This document shows, piece after piece, positions 11,015 through 21,259 of a stretch of 64,000 bases of DNA. Made by a program: the position numbers and the translations under genes. The notes below the pieces were generated by a model. It saw only the letters and a program-made list of their open reading frames with translations, had not been told where the DNA came from and made no database searches. Each line of letters opens with the position of its first letter. Position 1 is the first letter of the stretch. The DNA comes from Microcoleus sp. (GTDB lineage: Bacteria > Cyanobacteriota > Cyanobacteriia > Cyanobacteriales > Microcoleaceae), in the NCBI GenBank assembly GCA_042408215.1, contig JAYFMW010000005.1:384001-448000 (forward strand), given 5' to 3'.

Positions 11015-11530
11015 ATGATTTCTCGCATTCGCCAACATATTTATACTTTCTCGATCGCTCTGGCAATTATTTTAGCAGCATTTGCCGCTGGGGCGATCGG
11101 CATTAATCCCGAACCAGCTTTCGCCCTAGATCACGACAAAGAAATCCTAGTCGGCGCTGATTTTAGTGGACGAGCTCTGAATGACGACAGTTTTAATAAA
11201 GCCAATCTTCGCAACAGCAATTTTACCAATGCAGATTTGCGGGGCGTCAGCTTGTTTGGTGCCAATCTGGAAGAGGCAAATTTAGAAGGCGCTAATCTCA
11301 CCGGTGCTACTTTAGATTTGGCTCGCATGATGAAAGCAAATTTAACTAATGCTATCCTTGAGGGTGCTTTTGCTTACAATACCAGGCTGGAAGGAGCAAT
11401 CATTGACGGTGCTGATTTCACTGAGACACTGCTGCGAGATGATATGATCAAAAAACTTTGTCAGGTGGCAAAAGGTACTAATCCCGTGACGGGTAGAGAT
11501 ACTCGCGAAACTCTTTTTTGCGATTATTAA
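11015..11530 (+). CDS. Pentapeptide repeat protein with signal peptide (thylakoid-lumen type)
   Basis: A(D/N)L-x2 repeats, C-terminal LC-x2[18 protein letters not shown]. Confidence 0.9.
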   Translation: MISRIRQHIYTFSIALAIILAAFAAGAIGINPEPAFALDHDKEILVGADFSGRALNDDSFNKANLRNSNFTNADLRGVSLFGANLEEANLEGANLTGATLDLARMMKANLTNAILEGAFAYNTRLEGAIIDGADFTETLLRDDMIKKLCQVAKGTNPVTGRDTRETLFCDY

Positions 11531-11806
11531 AAGGCTAATTAAACGGAACTTACCCCGCACGCGGGGTAAATTCCATGTAAACCCTCACTCCATCAGCAAT
11601 CATTTTGTCCACTGTCAGCACCATACATAGCGTGAGAGATTAAGATAAAGTGGTTTTTGTCAATCAGTTAAAATACTTAAAATATTCTCCATAAAAATGA
11701 TAATCGTAGATTGGAAGAGGGGAGGCTGCCAATGGCTATAACTTAAGTTTTTTGGGATACTCCCATTTGGTGTATAATATTTTAATAGTTTAGATAGGTG
11801 CTAGTA

Positions 11807-12745
11807 ATGGAAAAAATCTGCGGTGCTGCCGAAATTTCTCAGAAGGTTGAAAACTTTGGTATTGAATTAAAAAGCATATCTAAAGTTGACCATATACGCT
11901 CTTTTGCAAAGCTATTAACTTATTTTGCTTTGGTAGTTTCTCTGAGTGTTGGAATTGTTTTTATTCAGGAGTGGAAATTAATTATTATACTCCAATTACT
12001 GTTGGGAATTACATTTGCTCATGGCTTAGAATTGCAACATGAGTGTCTTCATCACAATTTTTTTCATTCAAAGAGATTAAACCGCTTTTTCGGTTTTTTG
12101 TTTGGTGTTCCAATGCTTGTTTCATATACCCATTACAGAGTCCAGCATCTACACCATCATAAATATTTAGGCACAGAAAAGAATGCTGAGATATTTGACT
12201 ATGATGAGTCTTCACTAGAAAGCTTCAATAAACTCTTCGTTAGAGCTTGGAACTTAGCAAGAGTACCAACTTTTTTCTCGACATTATTTAACTTAATGAA
12301 AGGTAAATACCCCGAAGTTTTTTCTACTGACAAGGCTAAAAAGGATGTTTTAATTGAATATCTTGTGCTAGTCACAATTTTTCTAACACTCTTTTCTATT
12401 AGCGTGTTTGACCTGTCCTTGATACCTCTCAAAATCTGGTTTATACCGTGGTTAGTTTTTGGCGAATTGTTTCATTTTCTTATAGAGTTACCGGAACATA
12501 TATATTGCAATAAGACGACAACAGATGTTTTCTTAAATACTCGTTCAGTTGAAACTCATCCAATCATTAGTTACATTACAAATGGCAATAACTATCATGT
12601 TGAACATCATCTCTATCCTAGTGTAGCGGTACATAATCTTGATAAAGTTCATCATCCCATTCGTCATAAGATTGAATACTTGAGTGTGTCGTACTTCGAT
12701 TTATTTGTGGAAATATTTCAAAAAGCTACGAGTAATCGTTCCTAG
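11807..12745 (+). CDS. Membrane fatty acid desaturase-family protein
   Basis: Three His boxes HECLH, HLHHH, HVEHH; TM segments; AT-rich DNA. Confidence 0.85.
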   Translation: MEKICGAAEISQKVENFGIELKSISKVDHIRSFAKLLTYFALVVSLSVGIVFIQEWKLIIILQLLLGITFAHGLELQHECLHHNFFHSKRLNRFFGFLFGVPMLVSYTHYRVQHLHHHKYLGTEKNAEIFDYDESSLESFNKLFVRAWNLARVPTFFSTLFNLMKGKYPEVFSTDKAKKDVLIEYLVLVTIFLTLFSISVFDLSLIPLKIWFIPWLVFGELFHFLIELPEHIYCNKTTTDVFLNTRSVETHPIISYITNGNNYHVEHHLYPSVAVHNLDKVHHPIRHKIEYLSVSYFDLFVEIFQKATSNRS

Positions 12746-12952
12746 TTCGTGGATAATTTGACTTTGTTGGCGAATTCATGTAAACCGCAATTTCTGGTGT
12801 GATCGGCTATGATCTTTCAAGGGGTTGAGCATAGCGATTGCCCGAAGGGCAGACGCCAGAGGTATATCGCAATTCGCCAACAGAATCATAATTTACGCGA
12901 CGAAGGTAATCTTTTTTGTCCAAAGTCCAAATGCTAAAGGAGATTGTGTAAA

Positions 12953-13597
12953 GTGCCTGAGTTTTTGCCGATTGTATTCCTTAACGGGTTTACCTTGTTT
13001 GCTGGACTAATAGTCGCCATCGGTGCTCAAAACGCCTACGTTTTGCGTCAAGGTCTCAAACGCGAACACGTTTTCGCGACTGCAAGCGTCTGCTTCCTAT
13101 GTGACGCCACTCTAATTATTATCGGTACTATAGGGTTCGGTACACTAAGCTCGAATATTCCAGAACTAACTAATATAGCTCTATGGGCTGGCGTGGTGTT
13201 TCTTTTATTTTATGGCTTATATTCATTTAAATCTGCTTTTGCACCAGCAGCGATAGATATAAATGAACTAGATATTCAACCAACAAGTCTTTGGAGCAAT
13301 GTTCTGACGACGCTGGCACTCAGCCTCCTAAACCCACACGTCTATCTTGACACTGTGGTACTGGTTGGTGGTTTGGCAGCTCAATACACGGTGAGTGAAC
13401 GCATTTTTTTCGCACTTGGCGCAATTCTTGCTTCCTTTATCTGGTTTTTTGCACTTGCATATGGCGCTGTTTGGCTAACGCCATTTTTCCAACGTCCATC
13501 TGCGTGGCGAATTCTTGACATTATTATTGGCTGTATTATGTGGTTTATAGCTGCATTACTAATTTTTCCTACGCTTAACTTTTATCAATTTGCTTAG
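12953..13597 (+). CDS. LysE/ArgO family amino acid exporter
   Basis: IVAIGAQNAYVLRQG, LLNPHVYLDTVVL-x-G motifs; GTG start at 12953 behind AAGGAG. Confidence 0.9.
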   Translation: MPEFLPIVFLNGFTLFAGLIVAIGAQNAYVLRQGLKREHVFATASVCFLCDATLIIIGTIGFGTLSSNIPELTNIALWAGVVFLLFYGLYSFKSAFAPAAIDINELDIQPTSLWSNVLTTLALSLLNPHVYLDTVVLVGGLAAQYTVSERIFFALGAILASFIWFFALAYGAVWLTPFFQRPSAWRILDIIIGCIMWFIAALLIFPTLNFYQFA

Positions 13598-13619
13598 GAG
13601 ATTTTTCTCTATCTCCCTT

Positions 13620-13837
13620 GTTCCGAAGGAAATAGCATAGTACATACGAAGCTTTTGCATGATTGTCGTCCCAACCGAAACAAGCTCATGAAAAGATATC
13701 TCCAGGAAATACCAGAATTGGAGTATATTCTGTTAGCAATAGATCGTACAGCATGGGAATTAAAGGATGCCAAAACGATGAAAGATAGGGGCTATCAACA
13801 TAGCGCAGCATCAAAAAATTCAGCAGTATTTAGATGA
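13620..13837 (+). pseudogene. Internal fragment of a DDE (IS701/IS4-like) transposase
   Basis: HDCRPNRNKLM...ILLAIDRTAW-x3-DAKTMKDRGYQH resembles cyanobacterial DDE_5-type transposases; no start, truncated. Confidence 0.55.
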
Positions 13838-13955
13838 ACCGGGAGTATTGATCGATTTTTAGCGATCGTCGATAAATTAGTCAGTAACGTCCTAAAAGTT
13901 TGACCTTACTACCAACCTGATTTTGGTTCGTAGTAAGGACTTTAATCCTGAAATT

Positions 13956-16013
13956 CTACAAATTCCCACCCCAAGGTACAGCCGTTAAATCGTAAAAATT
14001 CACTTGACGCAGCCGCTCTAATTCCTCGATCCATTCTTGTTCGGCGCGGAATTGTTGGTGATATTCTTCAGCCTGTTCGCGACTGCTAGCGGTATTGGTT
14101 TTTTGCCACATATTGAGAGCGAGCCGACGGCGTTTCATGCTGAGAATTTGCTCGATACAAGCTACGGCCGATCGAATTGCTAAAGGTGGGCGGCAAACCT
14201 GTTTCTCGGCAAACTCGTTTAAGTGAAATAAATGAGAGATTTGATTAAGTTGATTGGGATATTCTATAAAGCTATCTTGCAACTTTAATATTAACTCAGA
14301 CGGTGCTATTTGTAAAGACATTTTGTGCACAAATTCTGCATTCAAAATTTGATGCCACAAAAATCTGTGGTGAGAAAGGCTGAACTGCACCTCTCGCGCT
14401 TCTATAGCTTCTCTGACATCTTGGCGGTGTTCGGGACAGTGCAAATAAATCTGCAATAATTGCGCTTCTGCTTCTTCTAAAAGAGTGCGGGCTACAGCGG
14501 CAAAAGTTGACTTTGAGGGATTGCTTTTGCTACTTGTAGTCTGCTTACTGTATTGTTTGTTTGGCTTCAGTTTCTTTCTAATTAACAGCGGCATTGTCAA
14601 AGATTCATCTTGAATCAGCCTCTTACCCCAATCGCTAACTACTTGATTTAGCAAGTTTTCCGCTAGCATTTTAGTTAGCCGAAAATCTCCTTTGCTGATG
14701 ATTTCGGCGCATTTTTGCAAATAATGTGCTAGTTGATTGTCGTCTGTGATCTTGGTTAATAACTTAAGGATTTTTTTAGTAATTTGCTGGTAAGTATCTG
14801 CTTGTTTTAAATCTTGATTGAGCAGCATTTGTTGAAGTTGCCAGTCGATCCACAAGGGAGCATTTTTGATCAATTCTCGATATTGTTCAGGAGAATATTT
14901 TTTGAGGAATTCATCGGCATCTTTGCCATCGGGAATGTTGAGAACTCGCAGTTGTACTTCGCCTTGATAAGCGAGTTTTTCGATTTCTCCGATCGCCCTT
15001 TCTGCTGCTTGAGTGCCTGCTTTGTCGGTGTCGAAATTGAGGATGATTTGTTTGGATTCAGTATAGCGCAGCAACTGCCGCACTTGGTCTAAACTTAAGG
15101 CTGTGCCGAGGGAAGCGACGGCGTTGGGAATGCCGGCGGCGTGAAGTGCGATCGCGTCAAAATATCCCTCGACTACAACGGCTCGATCTTCTTTACTAAT
15201 GGCAGTTTTGGCTTTATCTAAACCAAATAAAGTTTTGCCTTTATCGAACAGTTCTGTTTCGGGAGAATTGAGATATTTCGGTTGTTCGTCACCGAGAGCT
15301 CTGCCGCCAAAACCGATGACTCTTCCTTGGGTATCGCAAATCGGAATTATAATCCGATTGCGGAAGCGATCGTAATAGCCACTTCCTCCCGATTTTCGGG
15401 GTACAATTAATCCTGCTGCTTCTACTAACTGAGCTGGATAGTGTTTTTGTTCTACCAAATAACTGTAAAGTGTTTCCCAGCCTTGGGGTGCATAACCTAA
15501 CTGAAATTTTTGGATGGTTTCTTCGCTCAGTTGGCGATCGGATTTGAGATATGCTAAAGCAACCCCCCCTGTCCCCCCCTTGTCAAGGGGGGGATTGAGG
15601 GGGGGTTGTCTCAAAGCGTGTTCGTAAAACTTGGCGGTGAGGGCGGAAATTTCATAAAGTTGTTCTCGCAGAGAAATCTGGCGCTCTAACTCTTGTCGGT
15701 GTTCTGGTTCAACAGTTTTGATGGGTACTTGATAATTTTTAGCTAAGTCTAATACCACCTCGCTGAAAGGGCGTTTATCCAATTCCATCAGAAATTTAAA
15801 AGCATTCCCGCCAGCACCACAGCCGAAACAATAGTACATTTGTTTGGCTGGACTAACGGTAAAGCTGGGAGATTTTTCGTCGTGAAATGGACACAAACCT
15901 ACGAATTCTTTTCCCCGCTTCCGCAAGACGACGCGACCAGAAATGACATCTACTATGTCGGCTCTTTGTTTGACTTCTTCAATGGTTTCGGGATGCAGCC
16001 GTGGAAATTGCAT
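13956..16013 (-). CDS. dnaG: DNA primase
   Basis: CPFH-x-EKSPSF...YYCFGCG zinc finger, DRFR-x-R, KYLNSPET, VEGYFD, GKDADE. Confidence 0.97.
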   Translation of the reverse strand: MQFPRLHPETIEEVKQRADIVDVISGRVVLRKRGKEFVGLCPFHDEKSPSFTVSPAKQMYYCFGCGAGGNAFKFLMELDKRPFSEVVLDLAKNYQVPIKTVEPEHRQELERQISLREQLYEISALTAKFYEHALRQPPLNPPLDKGGTGGVALAYLKSDRQLSEETIQKFQLGYAPQGWETLYSYLVEQKHYPAQLVEAAGLIVPRKSGGSGYYDRFRNRIIIPICDTQGRVIGFGGRALGDEQPKYLNSPETELFDKGKTLFGLDKAKTAISKEDRAVVVEGYFDAIALHAAGIPNAVASLGTALSLDQVRQLLRYTESKQIILNFDTDKAGTQAAERAIGEIEKLAYQGEVQLRVLNIPDGKDADEFLKKYSPEQYRELIKNAPLWIDWQLQQMLLNQDLKQADTYQQITKKILKLLTKITDDNQLAHYLQKCAEIISKGDFRLTKMLAENLLNQVVSDWGKRLIQDESLTMPLLIRKKLKPNKQYSKQTTSSKSNPSKSTFAAVARTLLEEAEAQLLQIYLHCPEHRQDVREAIEAREVQFSLSHHRFLWHQILNAEFVHKMSLQIAPSELILKLQDSFIEYPNQLNQISHLFHLNEFAEKQVCRPPLAIRSAVACIEQILSMKRRRLALNMWQKTNTASSREQAEEYHQQFRAEQEWIEELERLRQVNFYDLTAVPWGGNL

Positions 16014-16038
16014 AGAGCTATTTAAGGGAAATTGAAAC

Positions 16039-16161
16039 TATAGCCTTTCTCAGTAACAGTGCGGTGCACGCTTGATATAGGGCCTAGGGCCTAGGGCCTA
16101 GGGCCTAGGGCCTAGGGCCTAGGGCCTAGGGCATACCTCACCAAGATTGAGAACTGCTATA
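16039..16161. mobile_element. MITE with TATAGC...GCTATA ends carrying a (GGGCCTA)n array
   Basis: Same end sequences as 4455-4562; about 7 heptamer units inside. Confidence 0.7.
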
Positions 16162-16244
16162 TGTTTATTTTGACCGACGGTAACAGAGCGTAGTCGAAGT
16201 TGAGCGTAGTCGAATTATCGCACAATTTGATCGTCTTGGAGGCA

Positions 16245-16309
16245 GAAACCGGGTTTTTTACGAAAATACTGGATTTGAGCCTTTGATACTGGTAAAAAAC
16301 CCGGTTTCT
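16245..16309. repeat. Dispersed palindromic repeat agaaaccgggttt...aaacccggtttct
   Basis: Further copies at about 46819-46912 and 63077-63142, half copies at 46611, 48826 and 49040. Confidence 0.7.
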
Positions 16310-16400
16310 CTGGTATTTATGCGTAACTGCTATTTGAGTAAAGCTAGGGCATAACTTTATTGTAAGATATTTACACTAACTGTAAGGAGCATCGAAATTA

Positions 16401-17342
16401 ATGCGAATTTTAATGATGGGCGGGACTCGGTTTATCGGGGTTTATCTAACTAAGATTTTAGCAGCTCAAGGGCATGAAGTGGTACTATTCAACCGTGGCA
16501 ATAAGCCGGTACCGGTTTCAGGCGTGAAACAAATTCAGGGCGATCGCACAAATGCTGACCAACTTAAGGACAAGTTATCGGCAGAGGACTTTGATGCCGT
16601 TTTTGACAACAACGGCCGCGAGCTGGGCGATACAAAGCCTTTAGCTGAAATATTTAAAGGCAGGGTGCAGCACTTTGTTTACATGAGCTCTGCGGGGGTT
16701 TATTTGAAGTCGGATCAAATGCCTCATATTGAAGGGGATGCTACCGATCCGAAAAGCCGCCATTTGGGCAAATGTGAAACTGAAACTTATTTAGCCGAGT
16801 CCGGTTTGCCTTGGACTTCTATTCGCCCAACTTACATTTATGGGCCACAAAATTATAACGATTTGGAGGCTTGGTTTTTCGATCGCATTGTGCGCGATCG
16901 ACCAATTCCGATTCCCGGTAACGGAATGCACTTCACGCAGTTAGGGCACTGTCAGGATTTAGCTAGTGCTATGGCGGCGGTTTTGGGCAATCAAAGGGCG
17001 ATCGGGCAAATTTACAACGTTTCGGGCGATCGATTTGTCACCTTTGACGGTTTAGCTCGTGCCTGCATTCAAGCGATCGGCAAATCACCAGACTCTATTA
17101 AGATTGTACATTACGATCCGAAACAATTTGACTTCGGCAAAAAGAAAGCCTTTCCGATGCGATTGCAGCATTTCTTTGCCTCAGTAAATAAAGCTGTTAC
17201 CGAACTTGACTGGCGGCCGGAATTTGACCTAGTTTCCGGTTTGAAAGATTCATTTCAGAATGATTATCTGGTTTCGGGAAGGGACAAAGCCGAGATCGAT
17301 TTTTCCGTAGATGAACAGATTTTGAAAGCCGTTCAAAGTTAA
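16401..17342 (+). CDS. NAD-dependent epimerase/dehydratase family protein (CSP41-like RNA-binding protein)
   Basis: GGTRFIG, YMSSAGVY, RPTYIYGP, KKAFPMR-x-QHF. Confidence 0.88.
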   Translation: MRILMMGGTRFIGVYLTKILAAQGHEVVLFNRGNKPVPVSGVKQIQGDRTNADQLKDKLSAEDFDAVFDNNGRELGDTKPLAEIFKGRVQHFVYMSSAGVYLKSDQMPHIEGDATDPKSRHLGKCETETYLAESGLPWTSIRPTYIYGPQNYNDLEAWFFDRIVRDRPIPIPGNGMHFTQLGHCQDLASAMAAVLGNQRAIGQIYNVSGDRFVTFDGLARACIQAIGKSPDSIKIVHYDPKQFDFGKKKAFPMRLQHFFASVNKAVTELDWRPEFDLVSGLKDSFQNDYLVSGRDKAEIDFSVDEQILKAVQS

Positions 17343-17446
17343 GTTAAAGTAAGGTGCGCCCCTAAGCACCCTACCAGTTTTACATTGGTACTGGGATGAT
17401 CCTGGGAAAGGTCGGAAATGATGCGGAATTGACCTAAAAACTCATG

Positions 17447-18580
17447 CTAATTGCGGACAATCGGCAGAGTCAGATTTACCGTTGTTTCCTTTTGATAGAT
17501 ACTGGTAATTGAGAACTCTCCTCCCGCCAGTTCGACAATTTTCTTGACATTTTTTAAGGCCATACCGAGGCCCTGTTGCTCATAGGTTTTGCGCTCAAAC
17601 TGCATGAATGCACCGATTTTCTTAATTTGCTCTTCTGTCATGCCCCGCCCAGAGTCATGTACAGATAAATTCAGCATCTCCCCCAGGACTTGACTACTAA
17701 CTTTAATGGTTGTCTCTGGTAAGGAAAATTTCAGCGCATTATCAACTAATTCATAAATAATCATTGATAAATATCGCTCTGATAGAGCGATATCCGCTTC
17801 CTCAAGTGCCAAGATTAGATCGTTTTTACGGTTGACGCTCTCAGCATGGGATTTTAACGCGGCTTCAATAGCAGAAGCTGAAAATTTAGTCCGGGCAAAT
17901 TCGAGCTTCTGCTGCCGACTTGCGAATATTTCTAGTTCTAAATAAATCAGGAATTTTTTCGTTAATTTTTCTAAGCGACGGGCAGATAAATCGGCAATGC
18001 TTAACATCTCACGGATTTCGGCGAGATCCATGTCTTCGATATCGTCCTTGAGCAACCCGATCGTGCCTAAGATGCCATTGAGGGGCGTATTCAGTTCGTG
18101 GGATAGACTAGAAGCTAAGTTTCCACGCAGTTCATTGAGGGTGTGTTCCAAGATGTTGATGGTATTTTCTTGGAGGTGGGATAAGCTCTGGATATTGTCA
18201 TACTGTTGCTTGATTCTGAGCATTGAATGCACGCGAGCACGCAGTTCAATCCCATTGACTGGTTTACTAATGAAGTCGTCGGCTCCGGTGGTTAGACAAT
18301 GGGCTAGGTCGGATTTTGAGCTTAATGCTGTCACCATAATGATGGGAACGGCTTGCCATTTTGACAGGGCTTTGATTTGCCGACAAACTTCGATGCCGTC
18401 TATTCCTGGCATCATCACATCGAGTAGAATTAGATCGGGATTGAAGGTGTCTAGCATAGCGATCGCCTCTTGACCCCTGGCTGCATAATGCAACTCATAG
18501 TCTCGCTCTGATAACAGGGTTTCAATTACATCAAAGTTATCAGGTTCATCATCAATGATTAAGATGGAGAATTGAGACAT
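17447..18580 (-). CDS. Hybrid response regulator / histidine kinase (REC-HisKA-HATPase)
   Basis: IIDDEP, LLDVMMP, SKP; SHELNTPL; DNALKF, D-x-GRG, GLG. Confidence 0.9.
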   Translation of the reverse strand: MSQFSILIIDDEPDNFDVIETLLSERDYELHYAARGQEAIAMLDTFNPDLILLDVMMPGIDGIEVCRQIKALSKWQAVPIIMVTALSSKSDLAHCLTTGADDFISKPVNGIELRARVHSMLRIKQQYDNIQSLSHLQENTINILEHTLNELRGNLASSLSHELNTPLNGILGTIGLLKDDIEDMDLAEIREMLSIADLSARRLEKLTKKFLIYLELEIFASRQQKLEFARTKFSASAIEAALKSHAESVNRKNDLILALEEADIALSERYLSMIIYELVDNALKFSLPETTIKVSSQVLGEMLNLSVHDSGRGMTEEQIKKIGAFMQFERKTYEQQGLGMALKNVKKIVELAGGEFSITSIYQKETTVNLTLPIVRN

Positions 18581-19149
18581 AGTTGTCACCTGTTCAATGT
18601 ATAAAGTTTTATTGGTTTACGTGATAGTTGTCAGATCGGCGGCCAAAGTGATTTCAAAAATTGCTCCTTGCGGTTGGTTGTTTCTGACACAAATTTTGCC
18701 CCCATGTGCCTCAACGACCATTTTGCAGAAAGCTAAACCCAACCCTATTTGAGATATCTCCGGCATCAGATTTCCGATCTCGTATTTCTCAAAAATCTTG
18801 TGCCTCAATGTATCAGGAACACCAGGCCCAGAGTCGATGACCTGGATTTTGGCATCGCCAGATGTGAGAAATTCTACATTCATTATGATTTGACTATTGG
18901 CTGGGGAAAACTTAATTGCATTCGAGAGGAGGTTATCCAGCGTTCGATGTATCATGGTGGCATCAACAGAGACTTTCCTACTGGGTGTTTCTGGTAATTG
19001 AGTGACCAGCAACTGATTTTTTTGAGCGGCGATCGCTTCAAAGTTTGATCGGGCAGATTGTATGAGATCGCAGAGATCAACTTCTGTGCAATTGAGACGA
19101 ATTTTACCGGATTCGAGTAAAGCAATTTGCAATAAATCGTCAATTAATA

Positions 19150-20470
19150 GTTACAGGTTTTCTAGGCAAATATTACACTTGCATTTCCCAACCATTTTGT
19201 AAGGTGTGACCCGAACCGGACGTACTACTACGCCCTGTATTCCCTCAGCAAAAGCGTTGGGAAATGCTTTTGTGATAATATTAGCACTGCCATTCACATC
19301 CGCATTGATAAGTCTGCCATCACCAGCACGAAACAAACCTCGCTTAATTCGTTTACCTTTGTACTCTGAATGCTTGACACAAGGTTCATTATCTAAAAAA
19401 GAACACTTTGAAGTGTAACTTTCTTCAATAACCTTCACAACGATTCCTGCTAACTGCGCTTTATAAGTTAGCATTTCAATAAACCTTGCATGAGGTATTG
19501 CTACGAAGTTCTGATTATTCCGCTTGCCGAGATTTATTCCCTGTTTCCAGTTATCGTTTTTACCAATCACCAGTGTCCCGATGCGGTTAGCTGCCAGATG
19601 ATTGATGATGAATCGACTTGCATTATGCAGGTAATTATCTACTTTTACATTACGCTTGTGAGTTAATTGTTCAATTTTGATTGATGTCTTTTTCTCCCCT
19701 TTCAAGTATGACTGCAACAGTGCCTTCTTTTTGTGATAGTAGGCATTGATTGATTTGAGCGGTTTGCCATTTATTATCAGCGGCAAAAACCATTTTTGAT
19801 TGGATGTAATTGTCGCTAAATTATTCAGACCAATATCAATCCCCGCTATCCCTTCAACACCTGATGATGATTGAGTTACAGACTTGGGTTCATAAACTAC
19901 CTCCATCGAGTAATGGTAAGTTTTTGGAACGATTCTGACTTGATTTACGACCCTAACTTTAGTGGTCAGAAATATGTCGGTCAAAGAAAGATTAATGATT
20001 CCTTTCTTGAGCCATGCTTTACTGATGGCTTGAGCGGTGTAAGTCAGGACATTTCTGCCTAATGTTTTGTGTTTGTATCTGGGTATTTTGGGTCTGGTTT
20101 TGAATTTATCTGGATGGATGTTATATTCCTTGGTAGCTGCAAAAAATGATTGCCAGCTTTCATGTAATCTCAATAATACTTGCTGAGATACTTTGGCTGG
20201 TAATGCTAGATAGTCAGTCGTTCCCTGACAGAGTTTCTGTATTTTGTAATAATCGAGGTATTCTCCCGAACTGATAAATTTTTGTCGGATCAGGTAGTTA
20301 GCGTAGTTGAAAAGATTCTTAGAAAGAAAGCACAAATTATCTAGCTGCTTGTATAGCCAGTGGTTTCGATCGATCATGTGCTTTTCAACTAGCTGCATTG
20401 TTTTGCCGTCATTTTTTACTATACTATACTATACATGGCTATTAATGGCTATAAAGTCAATGAAGTTTTA
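19150..20470 (-). mobile_element. tnpB-only insertion element (IS607/IS1341-like), flanked by a TAATA direct repeat
   Basis: Host reading frame restored on removal; TAATA at 19145-19149 and 20471-20475; ATAGCCAT repeats spaced 10 bp at the left end. Confidence 0.85.
19151..20398 (-). CDS. tnpB: RNA-guided endonuclease TnpB family protein
   Basis: SKNLFNYANY, GIDIGLNN (RuvC-I), EESYTSK-x-SFLD, INADVNG (RuvC-III). Confidence 0.92.
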   Translation of the reverse strand: MQLVEKHMIDRNHWLYKQLDNLCFLSKNLFNYANYLIRQKFISSGEYLDYYKIQKLCQGTTDYLALPAKVSQQVLLRLHESWQSFFAATKEYNIHPDKFKTRPKIPRYKHKTLGRNVLTYTAQAISKAWLKKGIINLSLTDIFLTTKVRVVNQVRIVPKTYHYSMEVVYEPKSVTQSSSGVEGIAGIDIGLNNLATITSNQKWFLPLIINGKPLKSINAYYHKKKALLQSYLKGEKKTSIKIEQLTHKRNVKVDNYLHNASRFIINHLAANRIGTLVIGKNDNWKQGINLGKRNNQNFVAIPHARFIEMLTYKAQLAGIVVKVIEESYTSKCSFLDNEPCVKHSEYKGKRIKRGLFRAGDGRLINADVNGSANIITKAFPNAFAEGIQGVVVRPVRVTPYKMVGKCKCNICLENL

Positions 20471-20618
20471 TAATACCTGTATTGCTTGTGCTGACGAGTA
20501 AATTTGAGTCAGTTTGCTGTTTTGTTTTTCTCTGGGATACTCTACGCTGGTTAGGAGTTCCAAGCCCAGCAAGACACCAGCCAGGGGGATTGCGTAAATC
20601 GTGGACTACCATGTTGAC

Positions 20619-20825
20619 CAAAAAATTGGGATACAAGCCCCGTCCTTTGAGGACGGCTTTTTGCTAGAATAAATTAAGTCAACGCTTCGACTACGCATGA
20701 CTCGCACCGCCCAGGGCATTGGGAGACTCGCTTCAGGACGCAGAGACAGAGTAAGACTACTTCGGTAGCATCAGTCGATGAAGCGTCAAGAATCACCGCT
20801 GATCCATTCACCGTGAGTATGTCAA
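20619..20825 (+). mobile_element. 207-bp IS200/IS605-type mini element: left end, promoter, TnpB-type reRNA scaffold, right end
   Basis: Inserted directly 3' of TTGAC without target duplication; hairpin gccccgtcctttgaggacggc; TGCTAGAAT; ends aagaatcaccgc...gtgagtatgTCAA. Confidence 0.85.
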
Positions 20826-21259
20826 CATATCTTCCCGCAATTTTAGCAGGGTTTGCAGGTCGTTATACTGTTGCTTGATTCTGAGCATTGAATGGACGCG
20901 GGCTCGCAGTTCAATCCCATTGACTGGTTTACTAATGAAGTCGTCGGCTCCGGTGGTTAGACAATGGGCTAGGTCGGATTTTGAGCTTAATGCTGTCACC
21001 ATAATGATGGGAACGGCTTGCCATTTTGACAGGGCTTTGATTTTCCGACAAACTTCGATGCCGTCTATTCCTGGCATCATCACATCGAGTAGAATTAGAT
21101 CGGGATTGAAGGTGTCGAGGGATGCGATCGCCTCTTGACCGTTGGCTGCATAATGCAGTTGATAATCCCGATCGCTCAAGAGGGTTTCAATCACATCAAA
21201 GTTATCGGGTTCGTCGTCAACGACTAGAACGGAAGGGTGATTCATAAAACCAATTGTAC

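Larger units (their letters stand above)
18617..21245 (-). pseudogene. Hybrid response regulator / histidine kinase split by two mobile elements and a +1 frameshift
   Basis: Removing 20619-20825 and 19150-20475 restores ...LREDM|VNMVVHDLRNP(fs)LAGVLL...AIQVL|IDDLLQIALLESGK...NAIKF...GLGL; extra base in the G run at 20584-20588. Confidence 0.9.
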
